A stretch of DNA of 64,000 nucleotides from the human T2T-CHM13v2.0 reference genome, Homo sapiens. How positions within the stretch are numbered: the first letter of the stretch is position 1; every line of letters begins with the position of its first letter. The stretch lies in NCBI RefSeq assembly GCF_009914755.1, contig NC_060938.1. One strand, given 5' to 3'. This document shows, piece after piece, positions 43,395 to 64,000 of this stretch. The translations under genes were made by a program, and so were the position numbers. The notes below the pieces were generated by a model. That model ran no database searches. It was not told the DNA's origin and saw only the letters and a list, made by a program, of their open reading frames with translations.

Positions 43395-44380
43395 AAATTT
43401 TTTTATTTTTAATTTTTGTGGGTACATAATAAGTATATATACATGGGGTACATGAGCTATTTTGATACAGGCATACATTGCATAATAATCACATTATGGA
43501 GAATGGGGTATCCATCCCCTCAAGCATTTATCCTTTGTGTTACAAACAATCCGATTATACTCTTTTGGTTATTTTTAAACGTACAATTAAGTTATTATTG
43601 ACTATAGTCACCCTGTTGTGCTATTAAATAGTAAGTCTTTCTCATTCTTTCTAATTAATTTTTTTGTACCCATTAACCATTCCCATCTCCCCGGCAGCCC
43701 CTCACCCACCCTTCCCAGCCTCTGGTAACCATCCTTCTACTCTCTAAGTCCATGAGTTGTTTTGATTTTTAGAGCTGGCGAATAAGTGAGAACATGTGAC
43801 ATTTGTCTCTCTGTGCCTGGCTTATTTCATTTAACATAATGACCTCCAGTTCCATCCACATTGTTGCAAATGACAGGATCTCATTCTTTTTTATGGCTGA
43901 ATAGTATTCCATTGTATATATGTACCACAGTTTCTTCATTCATGTGTTGGAGGACACAGGTTGCTTCCAATCTTGGCTATTGTAAACAGTGCTGCAACAG
44001 ACATGGGTGTGCAGATATCTCTTCAATATATTGATTTCCTTTCTTTTGGGTATATACCCAGCAGTGGAATTGCTGGATCACATGGTAGCTCTATTTATAT
44101 TTTTTTGAGGAGCCTCTAAATTGTTCTGCATAGTGGTTGTACTAATTTACATTCTCACCAACAGTGTAGGAGGGTTCCCTTTTCTCCATATCCTCACCAG
44201 AATTTGTATTTGCCTGTCTTTTGGATAAAAGCTATTTTAACTGGGGTGAGATGATATCCCATTGTAGTTTTGATTTGCATTTCCCTGATAATCAATGGTG
44301 TTGAGCACTTTTTCGTAGACCTTTTTGCCATTTGTATGTCTTCTTTCGAGAAATGTCTATTCAAATCTTTTGCCCATTTT
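43395..44380 (-). mobile_element. L1MA-type 3' end
   Basis: L1MA 3' UTR plus ORF2 C-terminal remnant [18 protein letters not shown] in ORF 44194..44637. Confidence 0.85.
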
Positions 44381-44858
44381 GCATTGATGCATGTTTGGTG
44401 GTAGTCAAACATGGGAAAACAAGAAATTTTGGCAAGGGCAGTAGCAAAAGAGCAGATTGTTCTGATACCCAGACTCAGAGTCATCAGGGACAGGTGGCAA
44501 ACAGAGTCAGCAGTGATGCTTCTAATAGAAACATCTTCAAACAGAAATGACACCAACCTAGTACTGTGGGTGTTTTTGTCTGACTGTATGGTCCCCAGCT
44601 CTATGGCATCCCAGCCAAATATTCTCTGTCCTGTCAAATATTCTCAAGTTTGTATATGTCCTCCAAGAAACCCCTTCTGTTCAAAGTCACTAAAGTGGAA
44701 TGTGTTACAAGCAACTGAGAATCCTAACTGATAGCAAAGGAGAGAAGTCTGAGGAGAAAAACTGATGACAAAAGATGTACTACGTAGACAAGAAATTCAA
44801 ATAAGCTGGTGGCCCTCATGAAAATGTTCAAATCCTTTGACCCAATAATACCACTTTA

Positions 44859-52277
<7,419 letters not shown>

Positions 52278-52889
52278 GTCAAATCAGGAAAAAATTTTGA
52301 AATAACAAACTTCCTTTTGCAGCTGCTCTTTTGTTCATCTTCTACCATAATCCCAGGCACTGAGTTTTTGTTTGCACTCGTTTGCCCTGGGCCACCTGGG
52401 GTGGTGGGGAAGGACTGAGGAGGGGAGGTCAGAACATGCAGTTCCTGTCCCAGCTATTACTGGCTCTGGAGCTCTGGGCAAGCTACTTCATCTTTCTGGT
52501 CCTCAGTTTCCCCGTCTGTAATAGAGTGATGTCAGTACCCACCGTGTATGGCACTGGGGAGGCAGTAAAGGTTTGGGTCAACCTGAGTGGGTCTGATCCC
52601 GATCCTGGCTCCACCACCCACTGCCTTCACCGCCCCGAGCAAGTTCCCTAACTCCTCTGGGCTTCGTTTTCCCCCTTGATGAAAGCAGGGCTGCTGGGAG
52701 GATGACATGAGACAATATCCAGGGCTGGCCAACAGTAAGTGCTTAAGACACATAGTAGCATTCCTCCTTCACAGGTTGTAAATTACAGAGCACGCCTATA
52801 TTATCTTAGTAAATATTATTTAAATATCATACCATTCATAATATTTTAACAAGTTTTAATTAAGACACACGCTTCAGTACCCCTGCCCC

Positions 52890-53570
52890 GACTCCATACT
52901 GCGCTAACCAAGTGGGATTCTCCTCCTTGCCTGTGCGCTGAGCCACCGCTTACCCCGCGTCCCCTCGGACATGCAGCTCTGCCCATCAGGGCCACAGGCG
53001 GCCCGGTCCCACCATGGGGGTTGGGGATGGGAACCAGAGCATGCCCGTTCCGGGGCGCGCGTCTGGCCCCGCTCTAGGGAGCCGCGTCGGCGGGGCCCCA
53101 CCCGGGCAATGTCCCGAAGCTCGACGCGCACTCACCCTCTTGACCAGGAAGCCCTCCTTGAGCACGCCGTCCTCCATGTCGCCGCCCGCACGCCAGGGCC
53201 ACCCCAGGTGCGCCTTCCCCGCGCCTCGCGCTCCTCGGCACCCGCGCAGCCCGCGCAGTCCGCGCCCACGGCGCCCAGGAAGCAGCTCCGACGCGGCAGG
53301 GCGACGCCTCCCTGGCGCGTGTCCAGAGCCTGAGGCCCCGGGGCAGGAAGTCAGACCAAGTCGGGATTTCTGACGTGACGTTTCCACCCAAAGGTGCTCC
53401 AGGGTCGGTGGTTGGTCCTCCAGGTACAGAGCGGCCAACCCCGCCCCATCCAGGTGCGCCCCGCGCCCCTCACTGTTCCAGTCTCTCTGCTCAGCGTCCT
53501 TCGCCAGGTGCTTCCCGGGCACTTAGCGCATTGCCCTCGAGGAACGCTTATCGAATTGAACATAACCGAC
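52890..53570 (-). promoter_or_regulatory. PLEK2 CpG-island promoter
   Basis: CpG-dense around exon 1; CRE/ATF-like TGACGTGA at 53371; GC boxes CCCCGCCCC (53439) and GCGCCCCGCGCCCC (53456). Confidence 0.8.
53136..53177 (-). CDS. PLEK2: Pleckstrin-2 exon 1 coding part
   Basis: GGCGACATGG strong Kozak context; MEDGVLKEGFLVKR|gtgagt; 42 nt. Confidence 0.96.
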
Positions 53571-53871
53571 AGGACTCCAGGATTTGGAGCCATTCCTGAG
53601 CTCATTGCAAGTAGGAGATGGGACAGTGGGTGAGCCGAAACTGGTATGGGAATTTTATCCTGGCCTCTGATGGGGGCAGAGAAGACCTCTCAGTAACAGG
53701 AAGGTCACAGTTTTAAGGCGGCAGGCACAGTTTGCAGGGCCCCCTGTCCGCAGGATATACCCCGCTCCCTCAAAAAAGATGAAGCCGAAAATTCCATCAT
53801 TAAGGACAAAATTTAAGGGGGCACCAAGGAGTCCAGTAACCTAGACAAATTATATATAGAGAGAGATGATT

Positions 53872-54516
53872 GGTTTTTTGGGGTTTTTTGTTTGTTTTTT
53901 GAGACAGGGTCTTTCTCTGTCACCCAGGCTGGAGTGCAGTGGTGTGATCATAGCTCACTGCAGCCTTAAACTCTGGGCTTAAGATCCTCCTGCCTCAGCT
54001 CCCCAAGTAGCTAGGACTACAGGAGTGCACCACCATGCCTGGCTGGTTTATTTTTATTTTTCGTAGAGATAGGGTGTTGCTATGTTGCCCAGGCTGGTCT
54101 TGATTCCTGGCCTCAAGCAATCCTCCGGCCTGGGCTTCCCAAAGTGCTGGGATTACAGGCAAGAGCCACCGTGTAAGACCTAGAAAAATAATATTTTAAT
54201 GCATTTTTTAAAATCAAAATTAATGTCAAAAAATCCACGATGAACAAAATGCTAACATTTTAAATAGATAGGATCAACAACAATGTTCTATCAGGCCATA
54301 TTGGAGCCTGGAACAGAAGGAAACTCAGTCAAATAGTACTGATTCTGTCTAACAATCCTTAGAACACAGTCACACATTTTTTTAAAATTTATTTTTATTT
54401 ATAGAGACAGGGTCTCACTATATTGTCCAGACTGGTCTCGAACTCCTGGGCTCAAGCAGTCCTCCTGCCTCAGCCTCCCAAAGTGCTGGGATTGTGGGCA
54501 TGAGTCATGGGGCCGG
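53872..54516 (-). mobile_element. AluJ-like (53872-54175) and Alu monomer (54378-54516)
   Basis: Alu sequence on - strand. Confidence 0.8.
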
Positions 54517-56756
54517 TCCATATTATTTGTGCTCCAGTTTGAAGGGCCCTGTCAGGACTCTTCACCAGGCATGGGAAAGGCCCTCAGATGCCTGTAAGGG
54601 AAGAGAAGGCTCTAGAGAGGAAGAAGGTGAACCAGCTTGTGGAAGGCGGGGGGTGCCTTTCAGAACCAGACTGAAGCCAGCTCCCAGGCCAGTCCCTGCC
54701 CTGGAGCTCTTGACACAGTGTTGCTTCTACATGTCTGTAGTAGACATATTACATCCCCCCAACCCCACTCCCACCTGCCAGCCCCAAGGAAAACTCGCAG
54801 GGTCTGGGTCACTGCGTGCCAGCCCAATGGCCCACTCTAGCCTTCTGCACTAACTGGCCTTCAGACTTCCCAGGAAGCCCCAAAGCAGTGGGGCTTCCAT
54901 TCCAATTCAGAATGAACATCAGCTGGTCACCTTCTGAAGCCAGGCCTGTAGTAGTAGGTGCTAGGTTTTATCTAAAGTACAACAACCCCATGAGGTGTTT
55001 ATTATGTCATTTTCCAGTCAAGGAAACTGAATCCAAGTAGTTAAATAACTTGCCCAAGGTTATGCAGCTCCAGGGCATTGCAAATACTCTTGCCTCCTAA
55101 GGAATTGTCCCAGCTCTGAAACCTAGCTGGGCTGAAAGCCAGGACTTGAGAGGTTGAGCTGGGAAGTTCTCATCCTCTTCGGCTCTAACTGTGGTCTATC
55201 CATCTCCTTCCTCAAAGAGGCTGTCTTGGCCCCACCCAGACACAATCTTCTGAGGCTTAGAAGAAGTGGCATTTTCTTTGGCAGGAGGGGTTCTTGAATG
55301 AATTCACAGAAATGGGAATGGGAAAGAGATGGATACCTTCTCCTGGCAGGGCTCCTGCCAGGAAGAAGTTAAGGCACACCTAGAACCTGCTTCCTGTCCT
55401 AGGAAACCCCTGGTCCAGCCCACCCTGCCTGACTCACTGGATCTGGGGCATGAGTCATACCCCTTCCTTCCCCAGGCTGTGGTGGCTGAGCCACCAGCCC
55501 ACCAGGGAACCATGATGACATAAGCCCAACTCACCCATAGGGAAGAGGATGGAGACAGAAGGAAGCAGACAGCAGTAAACAGCTGGGGGAGGGGGCAGGG
55601 ACGAGCAAGAAGCTTTCAGAGAGACACCCCTCCTCTCCCTCTCAGGCCTGGAGGCTGATGTGGAAGGGTCCCTGGCCCTCTCAGCTCCTCCCCTTTTTGT
55701 CCCGAAGGGACAGGGACAGATAATGCCTAGGGTGCTGAGTTGCAGAAAACTATTAGGTCTGTGTTTAAGTATAGGTGACTCACAGCCTGATGTGAGAATC
55801 TATCATTAGAGATTCATTCCTTTAGCTTCAGATAAGAATCCCCTGTTTAAGATACATAGAGTGGAAAAGGATAAATCATGGAAACTTATTCACAATAAAT
55901 GCCTGGACTTCTTGAGTTTACCGGAATCACAGAATCAGAATCTAATCCCTAAAGATCACCAAATCCGGATGCTTCATTTTATAAATGAGGACCCTCAAAG
56001 CCCAGGGAAATAAAATGACTTGTCCAAGGTCTTGCAGCCAGTTAGTGGTAAAACCAGGGCCAGAATACAGGCTAACAGAGCTCAAGGCTGGCTCCTGGCA
56101 AATACAGGGCAATGCCCCCAGCAGCGACCTGCATCAGAGCATCCTGCAGTGAGAGGGGGGCTGCAGGCCTGGAAGGGCTCTGTCTGCAGAACTGGAAAAG
56201 ACTTCAAAAAATCCTTCTACATTTTTTTCTGAACATAAAAATACATTTGTGCATATTATAGAATATTTAGAAAATACCAAAAGGGATAAAACCACCCTGA
56301 ATCTATCACTCAGACAGATGATCAGTATGTTTATATGCACATACTTTTAAATTAAATTTTATTTAAAATTTTTGAACCCTGCCTTTTTTTTTAACTTATA
56401 ATAGCTAATAAGTATCTTACCAGGTCATTAAAAGTAATTCAAAAACATAATTTAAATAACTGCATAAAATTTCATGGTGACTGAATTTAATCATTCCCAT
56501 GTAGGTTGAATTTCCTTTTTCACTGTGTAAATAGTATTATGATAAATATCTCTGTACATACACATTTTGCCAGATCTCTGATTATTTCAGATAAACATCT
56601 AAGGTATAATTTTAGGTTAAAGGGTGTAAATTTTTAAAATTCTTGAAGCATATCACAAAACTGCTTTCTAGAAATGTATCACATGCTATCCTCACCAGCA
56701 GCGTATGACAATGCCAGTCTCACTGCGTCTACGCCAGCATTCAGTATAGTATTTTC

Positions 56757-57260
56757 AGGAATATACATCATTCTATTATAAAGATACATGCATGTGTATG
56801 TTCATTGCAGCACTATTCACAATAGCAAAGACATGGAATCAACCCAAATGCCCATCAATGTTAGACTGGATAAAGAAAATGTGGTACGTATACACCATGG
56901 AATACTATGCAGCCAAAAACAGGAATAAGATCATGTCCGTTGCAGGGACTTGGATGAAGCTGGAAGCCATTATCCTCAGCAAACTAACACAGGAACAGAA
57001 AACCAAACATCGCATGGTCTCACTTGTATGTGGGAGCTGGACATTGAGATCACATGGACACAGGGAGGGGAATAACACACACTGGGGCCTGTCAGGGGAT
57101 GTGGCGGGAGGGAGAGCATCAGGAAAAATAGCTAGTGCATGTTGGGCTTAATACCTAGGTGATGGGTTGATAGGTGCAGCAAACCACCATGGCACACATT
57201 TACCTGTGTAACAAACCTGCACATCCCGCACATGTACCTTGAAACTTAAGATAATTAAAC
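56757..57260 (+). mobile_element. L1PA 3' end (5'-truncated)
   Basis: ORF2 C-terminus MFIAALFTIAKTWNQPKCPS...MEYYAA and L1PA 3' UTR ...GCAGCAAACCACCATGGCACA... Confidence 0.9.
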
Positions 57261-58517
57261 AAGAAGCTTTGCTGATTTTAAAAATGTATTTGCTTATTTA
57301 TTTTTTATCAGCCCACATCATGCTTTGAGTAGAAAGCTTTGCTGATTTTCTCAGAACCAGCAGGGACAACCCCCACTTGCGTAAGCTGTGTGTTATCTCA
57401 GTCAAGGCTGAGCCCTGCTACCTGGGGGACGGCCAGCTAGAGGGACGTCCCCTGGAAGAGACTCAGAACTGAGAAGTTGCTGGAAAACTGCTAGAGAACT
57501 GGGCGGTGAAGTCCCAGAGTAGCGCATCATTTGTAGGAAAAGGAGGGCGTGTGGGGTCCCGGGCAGCCAGGAGAGCACCCTGAAGGCACTGAAAAGATTG
57601 GGCAGAGGCAAAAAGCCAGAGGAGACAGGAGCTAGAAGTACAGGCAGGAAAAGACTAAAGAGAAATTTTGCCTAATTCGTGGCTATGCCCAAGGCCATCC
57701 AGCTAGTTGCTCTGCTACAACAGAAATGTATATTCATTCATCTGTCAATTCATTCATTCATTCACTGAAGCAGGGAGACAGATACTGAGAATGTCCGTGT
57801 ACAAAGCACGGACAGTGCCATGGGTGACACACAGACCTGCCCTGGGGCCTCATATGTCAGTGTAAACAAGGTATCTTTTCCATTAACAGCAGCATTGTTG
57901 ATTAACAGCATCTTTTGTACTAATTCCGGGGACACTGCAGTTCACAGGGCAGATGCTCCACCATAAAGGTGAGGCTTCTCACACTATCTGTGGTGAAGAC
58001 TGGACTTCTGAGCTGTGAACATTGAGTGGTCCTACTGTGCATGACCAGAAAACAGCCTCTGCCACAAGTGACTTATTGGAGACTTCTACGTCACCCAAAC
58101 TGGTCTATATTCTGTTCAGTGAATCAAGACCACGGACTGTGTGCTTGAATGTTGTGGTAATGCCCAGCTGCTATAAAAGTTTCCAAGCACTGACTCTCAG
58201 TTCCCATTCTTTCATCATAGAGCAGTACCAGATCACTCTTGAACAGCACTGCTCTTGAGTATGGGTTCTGGAATCTATAGCATGGGTTCAAACCCTTCCT
58301 ATGCCACCCATGTTACTGATGGCAAGTTACTTATCCTCTCTGATCCTCAAGTTCCTCATCTCTAATATGGGCTAATAGCATACAAAGAGTTGTTTGGGGA
58401 AAATAAATGAGATTATGACAATAAATTATGTAGTGCGGTGCCTGGGACACAGTAAACACACAATAGGTTTTTTCATTTCCACTCGATCCCACGTTGTGAG
58501 GTTGGTAGAAGGAGTGA

Positions 58518-59167
<650 letters not shown>

Positions 59168-60698
59168 TAAAATGTTAAAGCTGGGGAGTGGGTAGAGTAG
59201 CATGGTCATATTTACTGTGTTCCTACTATGTGCCAAAGACTTAACATCTACTATGTAATTGATTCTCAAAATCGCCCTTTGAATTAGGTATTATTCCCAT
59301 TCTGTAGATGTAAATGAAAATTTGGAGAAGTTAAATAACTTGGCCAACATTACACAGCTAGCATATGGTCGAGTCCAGGTTAAAATCCAGGCCTGTCCAG
59401 GTCCAAGCCTTGCTCTTTCCACTACTCCACACAGTCTTCTTTGGCTAAATTGTGTTCTCTCTTCCTGTGATGAAATCCTTTCAGCCTAAGTCAGGGGTCC
59501 ATGGCAGTAGATTGCATTACTATTCCCAATTATTCATTCCCCTATCCCCTGTGATAGAATTACACATCCCTGTCCCATTGACTCAGGTTTGGTCTTGTGA
59601 CTCGATTTGGACAATGCAACCTCAGATGCATATCTCAGCAGAAGCTTTGAGCACCATTGCTTGGTGCCACAAGCCCCGCGCGGCCCAGATAGGGGCTGCT
59701 CCTACTCTGGGTCCAGGAATGAAGGTGACTTGGAGAGAGAGCTGCAGCCAATGTGAGTGCGAAGTCAGCCTCTGTTGTAAACACTGAGATCTGGGGTGGA
59801 GTGAGGGGGTAGAGGATACTGTCACCACCATGGAAGTTAGTCAAAGCTGATCGACACACTTGTCACACTGTGATGCTACAAAGCAATGCCAGAGGGACTA
59901 CGTGACTTGGAGCCTCTCCCTGCCATGGAGGGGTGGGTGCCCTCTCCCTGTCATTAACACCCTGAAACCTACCTCCCTGTTCCACTGAAAAAGCTGGAAC
60001 GCCTTGAGAGGTCAGTCACTCTCCCCAGGGCGCTCTGCAAGGCTTTGCTGGGGATGAGAGCCCAGACCCATTGCTTCCCCACCAGTGCCATCCACCTTGC
60101 CACCCCCTAGAACTCAGCCTGGAAGGAGAAATGCCCCTTGGCAGATGTCTCAGGGCCATCAGGGCTGGGGTGGAGCAGGATGTGAGGTGTGACTCAGCTG
60201 TGTGCACGGGCAGGGCTGGACCTGCTGGATATAGATAAGAGCCCCTTCCCTCGCCTCCTTCCATTCTGCTTTCCTCACTGCTTTCCCTAAATGTTATTCC
60301 TGGAGGCTAGGCTTTTGGTTTTGCTTATTTTGAGTGGGTAAACAAGAGAGGGGCAGAACCTTGGCCTAGGGATGTCTGAGGACCCCCCAGCACAGGAAGG
60401 GAGTAGCCATGGTGTTATGCTCACCCCTGCGGAGCCCCTGTAGTTACAGCTGCTCTCCAGGCCTCAGGGGCTCCCACCTGGCTGGTCATCAAAATCACCT
60501 GCACGGTTTTTCCCAGCCCTACCTAAGAGCACCATTTACAACAATGCAGGGTATTTACTGCACAAAAGGAACCTGGCTAAGAAGGCAAATGGGGGCCGGA
60601 GGTGCAGTCTGCGTTCAACTACCAAAGGCATGCCTCCACGCAGGGCTGCCTTCCCCAAAGAAAGCAGGGGGGTTCTCATCTCATAAAGGCTGCATCCA

Positions 60699-61199
<501 letters not shown>

Positions 61200-63034
61200 T
61201 CAGCCCTCCTTAGGGAAGGGCCCTCTCAGTGCAACAACCATGGCATGCCCTCTGAAAGTCCCAGCTGAAGCCAGGTGCCAGGCAGGCACTGCCCAGAAAG
61301 TCTCTGCCACTCCCAGGTGATGTGACTGGCCAGACTCCATCCTGGCCTCCCACCTCTCCTCTGAGGCTGGCATTGAAGAGGCCCCCTGTCTCCATACACC
61401 CAGCTCCGCCTCTGGGAGATGCTGCCCGCCGCTAGGTGGAGCAGTTTGCTAGGGGGATTAAAAGAGGGGTGACGCCAGCCCTAACAATATCCAAGGCAGA
61501 GCTGTGAACGAAGGGACGTGTGACCGGTAGCAGGTGACTGCAGACTTCCTGAGGTTAATGATGGGAAGAGATGGTGGAAGGATTGAATTCTGATTTTGAC
61601 CAATCACGCTCCTTTCTGGAGTTCCCTGTAGAGAAACTGCCCTAATCAGAAATTCCCGAGACCGGAAGCCTGGCACTTCTAAAGGCCCTAAATCTCAGGA
61701 CAGCCCATAGGTAGTCAGAAGAGCCAGCTAATTGAGGCATCCCACCCTTGCCAGCGCCGAGACTCTCAAGTGAGGAACCTAGTGTGCAACATTTCAGGAG
61801 GGTAGATGTCTCAATTAGCTGGCACTTCTGACCACCTGTGGGGCACCCACCCACACTGTCCTGCAAGTTGGGGCCCTTAGAAACTCACCTTTCACAGTAG
61901 GGTGAAGGCAAATCATCTCTAATTAAAGATCCCAAATTGAGGTCTTTTCCTGTGCAATTGAGAATATGTTTCCAATAAATGCAGAAATGGAAGAAAATAG
62001 CAAACAATGATTGAGAGAGCAGGCTCTGGATCTGATCTTGGTAAAGTACAGATCTGATTCTGTCAGGCCTGAGAATCTGCATTTCTATCAAGCTCTGAGA
62101 TGAGGATGCAGTTGGTCAGGGACCACATCTTGAGTGGCAGGGAGTTAGTTGACCTTGGGCAAGTTACTCAGTTCCTCTAAAAGGAACTGAACCCAGGACT
62201 GATCACATAATTTTTTAGTCCTGGTGCAAAAGGAAAATGCCAAGCCCTTGGTTCAAAATTAGTATGAATTTTAAGACCTTGACAGTAGAGAATGAAAACA
62301 GGCACAGGGCCTTTCAAATTGCAGGGGACCCTATGCAACTGCCTAAGCCTCAGAGGGTTGGAAGACTCAACAAAGTTAACCATGTAAAGCACTTAGAAAG
62401 CACCTGGGCATGGTAAATCCATGAAAATGTCCCTGATCATGATTGCCTAGCCCAGAACAGCCTCTCCTTGAACATCGGGATTGTCAGACTGAGCTTATGT
62501 GGACCGACCTCCACTTTACAGGGGAGGAAGTTGAGCCCCACAGCAGGAGTTTGAAGAATAAAGGTTGGGTGAATGGGGTGACTTGTGGAGGCCAAGCTCA
62601 GGCCACCAGACACCCAGGCCAGGGCTCCTCCTTCTGGGCCATCTCCTCAATGGACAAAAAGAAAAAGTGATGACGGCAGCAAGATAACACTACCACCATC
62701 GCTCAGAAATACCAAAGAGAGTGTGAGCCTGTCTGGATGGATGAATGAAGGAGGGCCTATAGGAACGATCCTAGCCGTTAACTCACCTGTTGGGCTTCTA
62801 GAGATGTGCATTCGGAGCCATTGGTAAGAGCATGGAATTACGTGGAAACTGCAGAGGGGCCCTCCAACACTTTGCCTCTGAAATGGACCTAGGCTATTGT
62901 GCTTTGCGGGTTCTCGGTCTGCTTTCCCTAGTTTTGCTATCTCTGCCCTTATCTCCACTGCCACTTCTCATTGCTGTTAGGCTGTCCATCTCCCGCAGCT
63001 ACTCCATAAATTGCTGGCAGTCTGATAGACAAAT

Positions 63035-63570
63035 AACCTGAGTTATTAGGATGGTGCTTAAAATAAGGATAAATGGCATCTGACTGGTATCCGGTCAGTC
63101 ATGAATGTTGCAATGTTTTGACATCTTAGAATACCCTCTAGCTGGGGAGAGATTGCCTCTCTCAGGGCCTAGCCAGTTCCTAGAAATAGCAAGGGCTCAG
63201 CTGAGAGCATGCTTTTGATGTACAAACTAACCAATCCTTCACCATCTGGCCTATACACCCAGGGAGACAATATTCCTCATCTTAATCATCCCAGGGCAAG
63301 GTATCAGGCAACTAGGGACCACTCCTATAGCTTAGAGCACCCTCCATAACATTCAAACTAGCCAGTCCAAAACTGTTCACCTTGTCCTGCCTTGCCTTCC
63401 CCTTGAAAGCCCCAATAAAGGCTCTGACCTAACGCTTTCCCCTGGCTCCTGTCTTCTGCCCCCTGACCACCCTGGTGTCTTCCCCCGTGTGGTATGCCAT
63501 GTCTTACACAGCTAGCATATGGCCGAGGACCTGTGAGTGTAATACACTCTGTGTGAATTTGCTCTTGATT
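63035..63570 (+). mobile_element. Old LTR remnant, family unassigned
   Basis: LTR-like layout with CCAAT (63231) and AATAAA (63414); limits approximate. Confidence 0.5.
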
Positions 63571-63944
63571 TTAGCCACGCAACTCACCGTGATGCCTGGC
63601 ACATGGGTGCTATGCCATAAACATGGGCTGAATAAGTTAAATGAATAAAGGTAGAGGAGGCCTGTCCACCACAGATCTTTCTATTCCTTTCCACAAAGAA
63701 GTTGGGCCTGCCCAGACTGATCAGCAGTACTGTAATTTGTGCATCCCAGTTCACCCCTAACTTCTTCTCTCATACATGGAAGAAAATGCATATCAGTTAG
63801 AATGCTTCGGGCTGCAAGTAACTGAAAAGTCAACCAGCAGTGGCTTAAACCCAACACAGATGTTGTTAGTTACTTAATGAGTAGGCGATTCCAGAGTAGA
63901 TGCAATGGCTCAGTGCTGCCATCAAAACCTAGGCTTTCCCCATC

Positions 63945-64000
63945 TTTTTTTTTTTTTTTTTTTTTTGAGATGGAGTTTTGCTCTTGTTGCCCAGGCTGGA
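63945..64000 (-). mobile_element. Alu 3' end, runs out of window
   Basis: Poly-T then GAGATGGAGTTTTGCTCTTGTTGCCCAGGCTGGA. Confidence 0.9.

Noticed and set aside
52986-53522. 178-aa ORF in frame with the PLEK2 start, suggesting an N-terminal extension
   Set aside because: Starts at GTG probably upstream of the transcription start, lies in stop-poor GC-rich DNA, and the real AUG has a strong Kozak context. Only Ribo-seq could rescue a non-AUG extension.
56792-57151. 119-aa ORF
   Set aside because: C-terminal remnant of L1 ORF2 in a truncated L1PA copy, not a host gene.

Overview
Primate (human-like) genomic DNA that I recognise from the encoded proteins as the ATP6V1D-EIF2S1-PLEK2 locus (human 14q23-24, recalled). 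It holds three genes. (1) The first coding exon of ATP6V1D (- strand), head-to-head with EIF2S1 across a CpG-island bidirectional promoter. (2) The complete EIF2S1 gene (eIF2-alpha, + strand): one non-coding and seven coding exons, 948-nt CDS, 315 aa, with a 3' UTR of up to ~3 kb. (3) The complete PLEK2 gene (pleckstrin-2, - strand): nine coding exons, 1062-nt CDS, 353 aa, whose 3' end faces that of EIF2S1 about 0.5 kb away. All exon borders were checked by hand for GT-AG and reading phase. The rest is intronic or intergenic DNA rich in Alu, L1, LTR and DNA-transposon remnants; repeat family names are from memory and their ends are approximate unless a TSD is quoted. There are no prokaryotic-type features. 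Most notable unexplained signals: a 41-bp minisatellite in PLEK2 intron 1 that was partly copied in inverted orientation into a nearby Alu with a template-switch junction; an antisense BC200-like retrocopy in the long eIF2-alpha 3' UTR; a strong alternative acceptor that would add a uORF to the eIF2-alpha leader; two near-perfect intronic hairpins; and a UG-tract cryptic-exon candidate. All functional readings of these are hypotheses.
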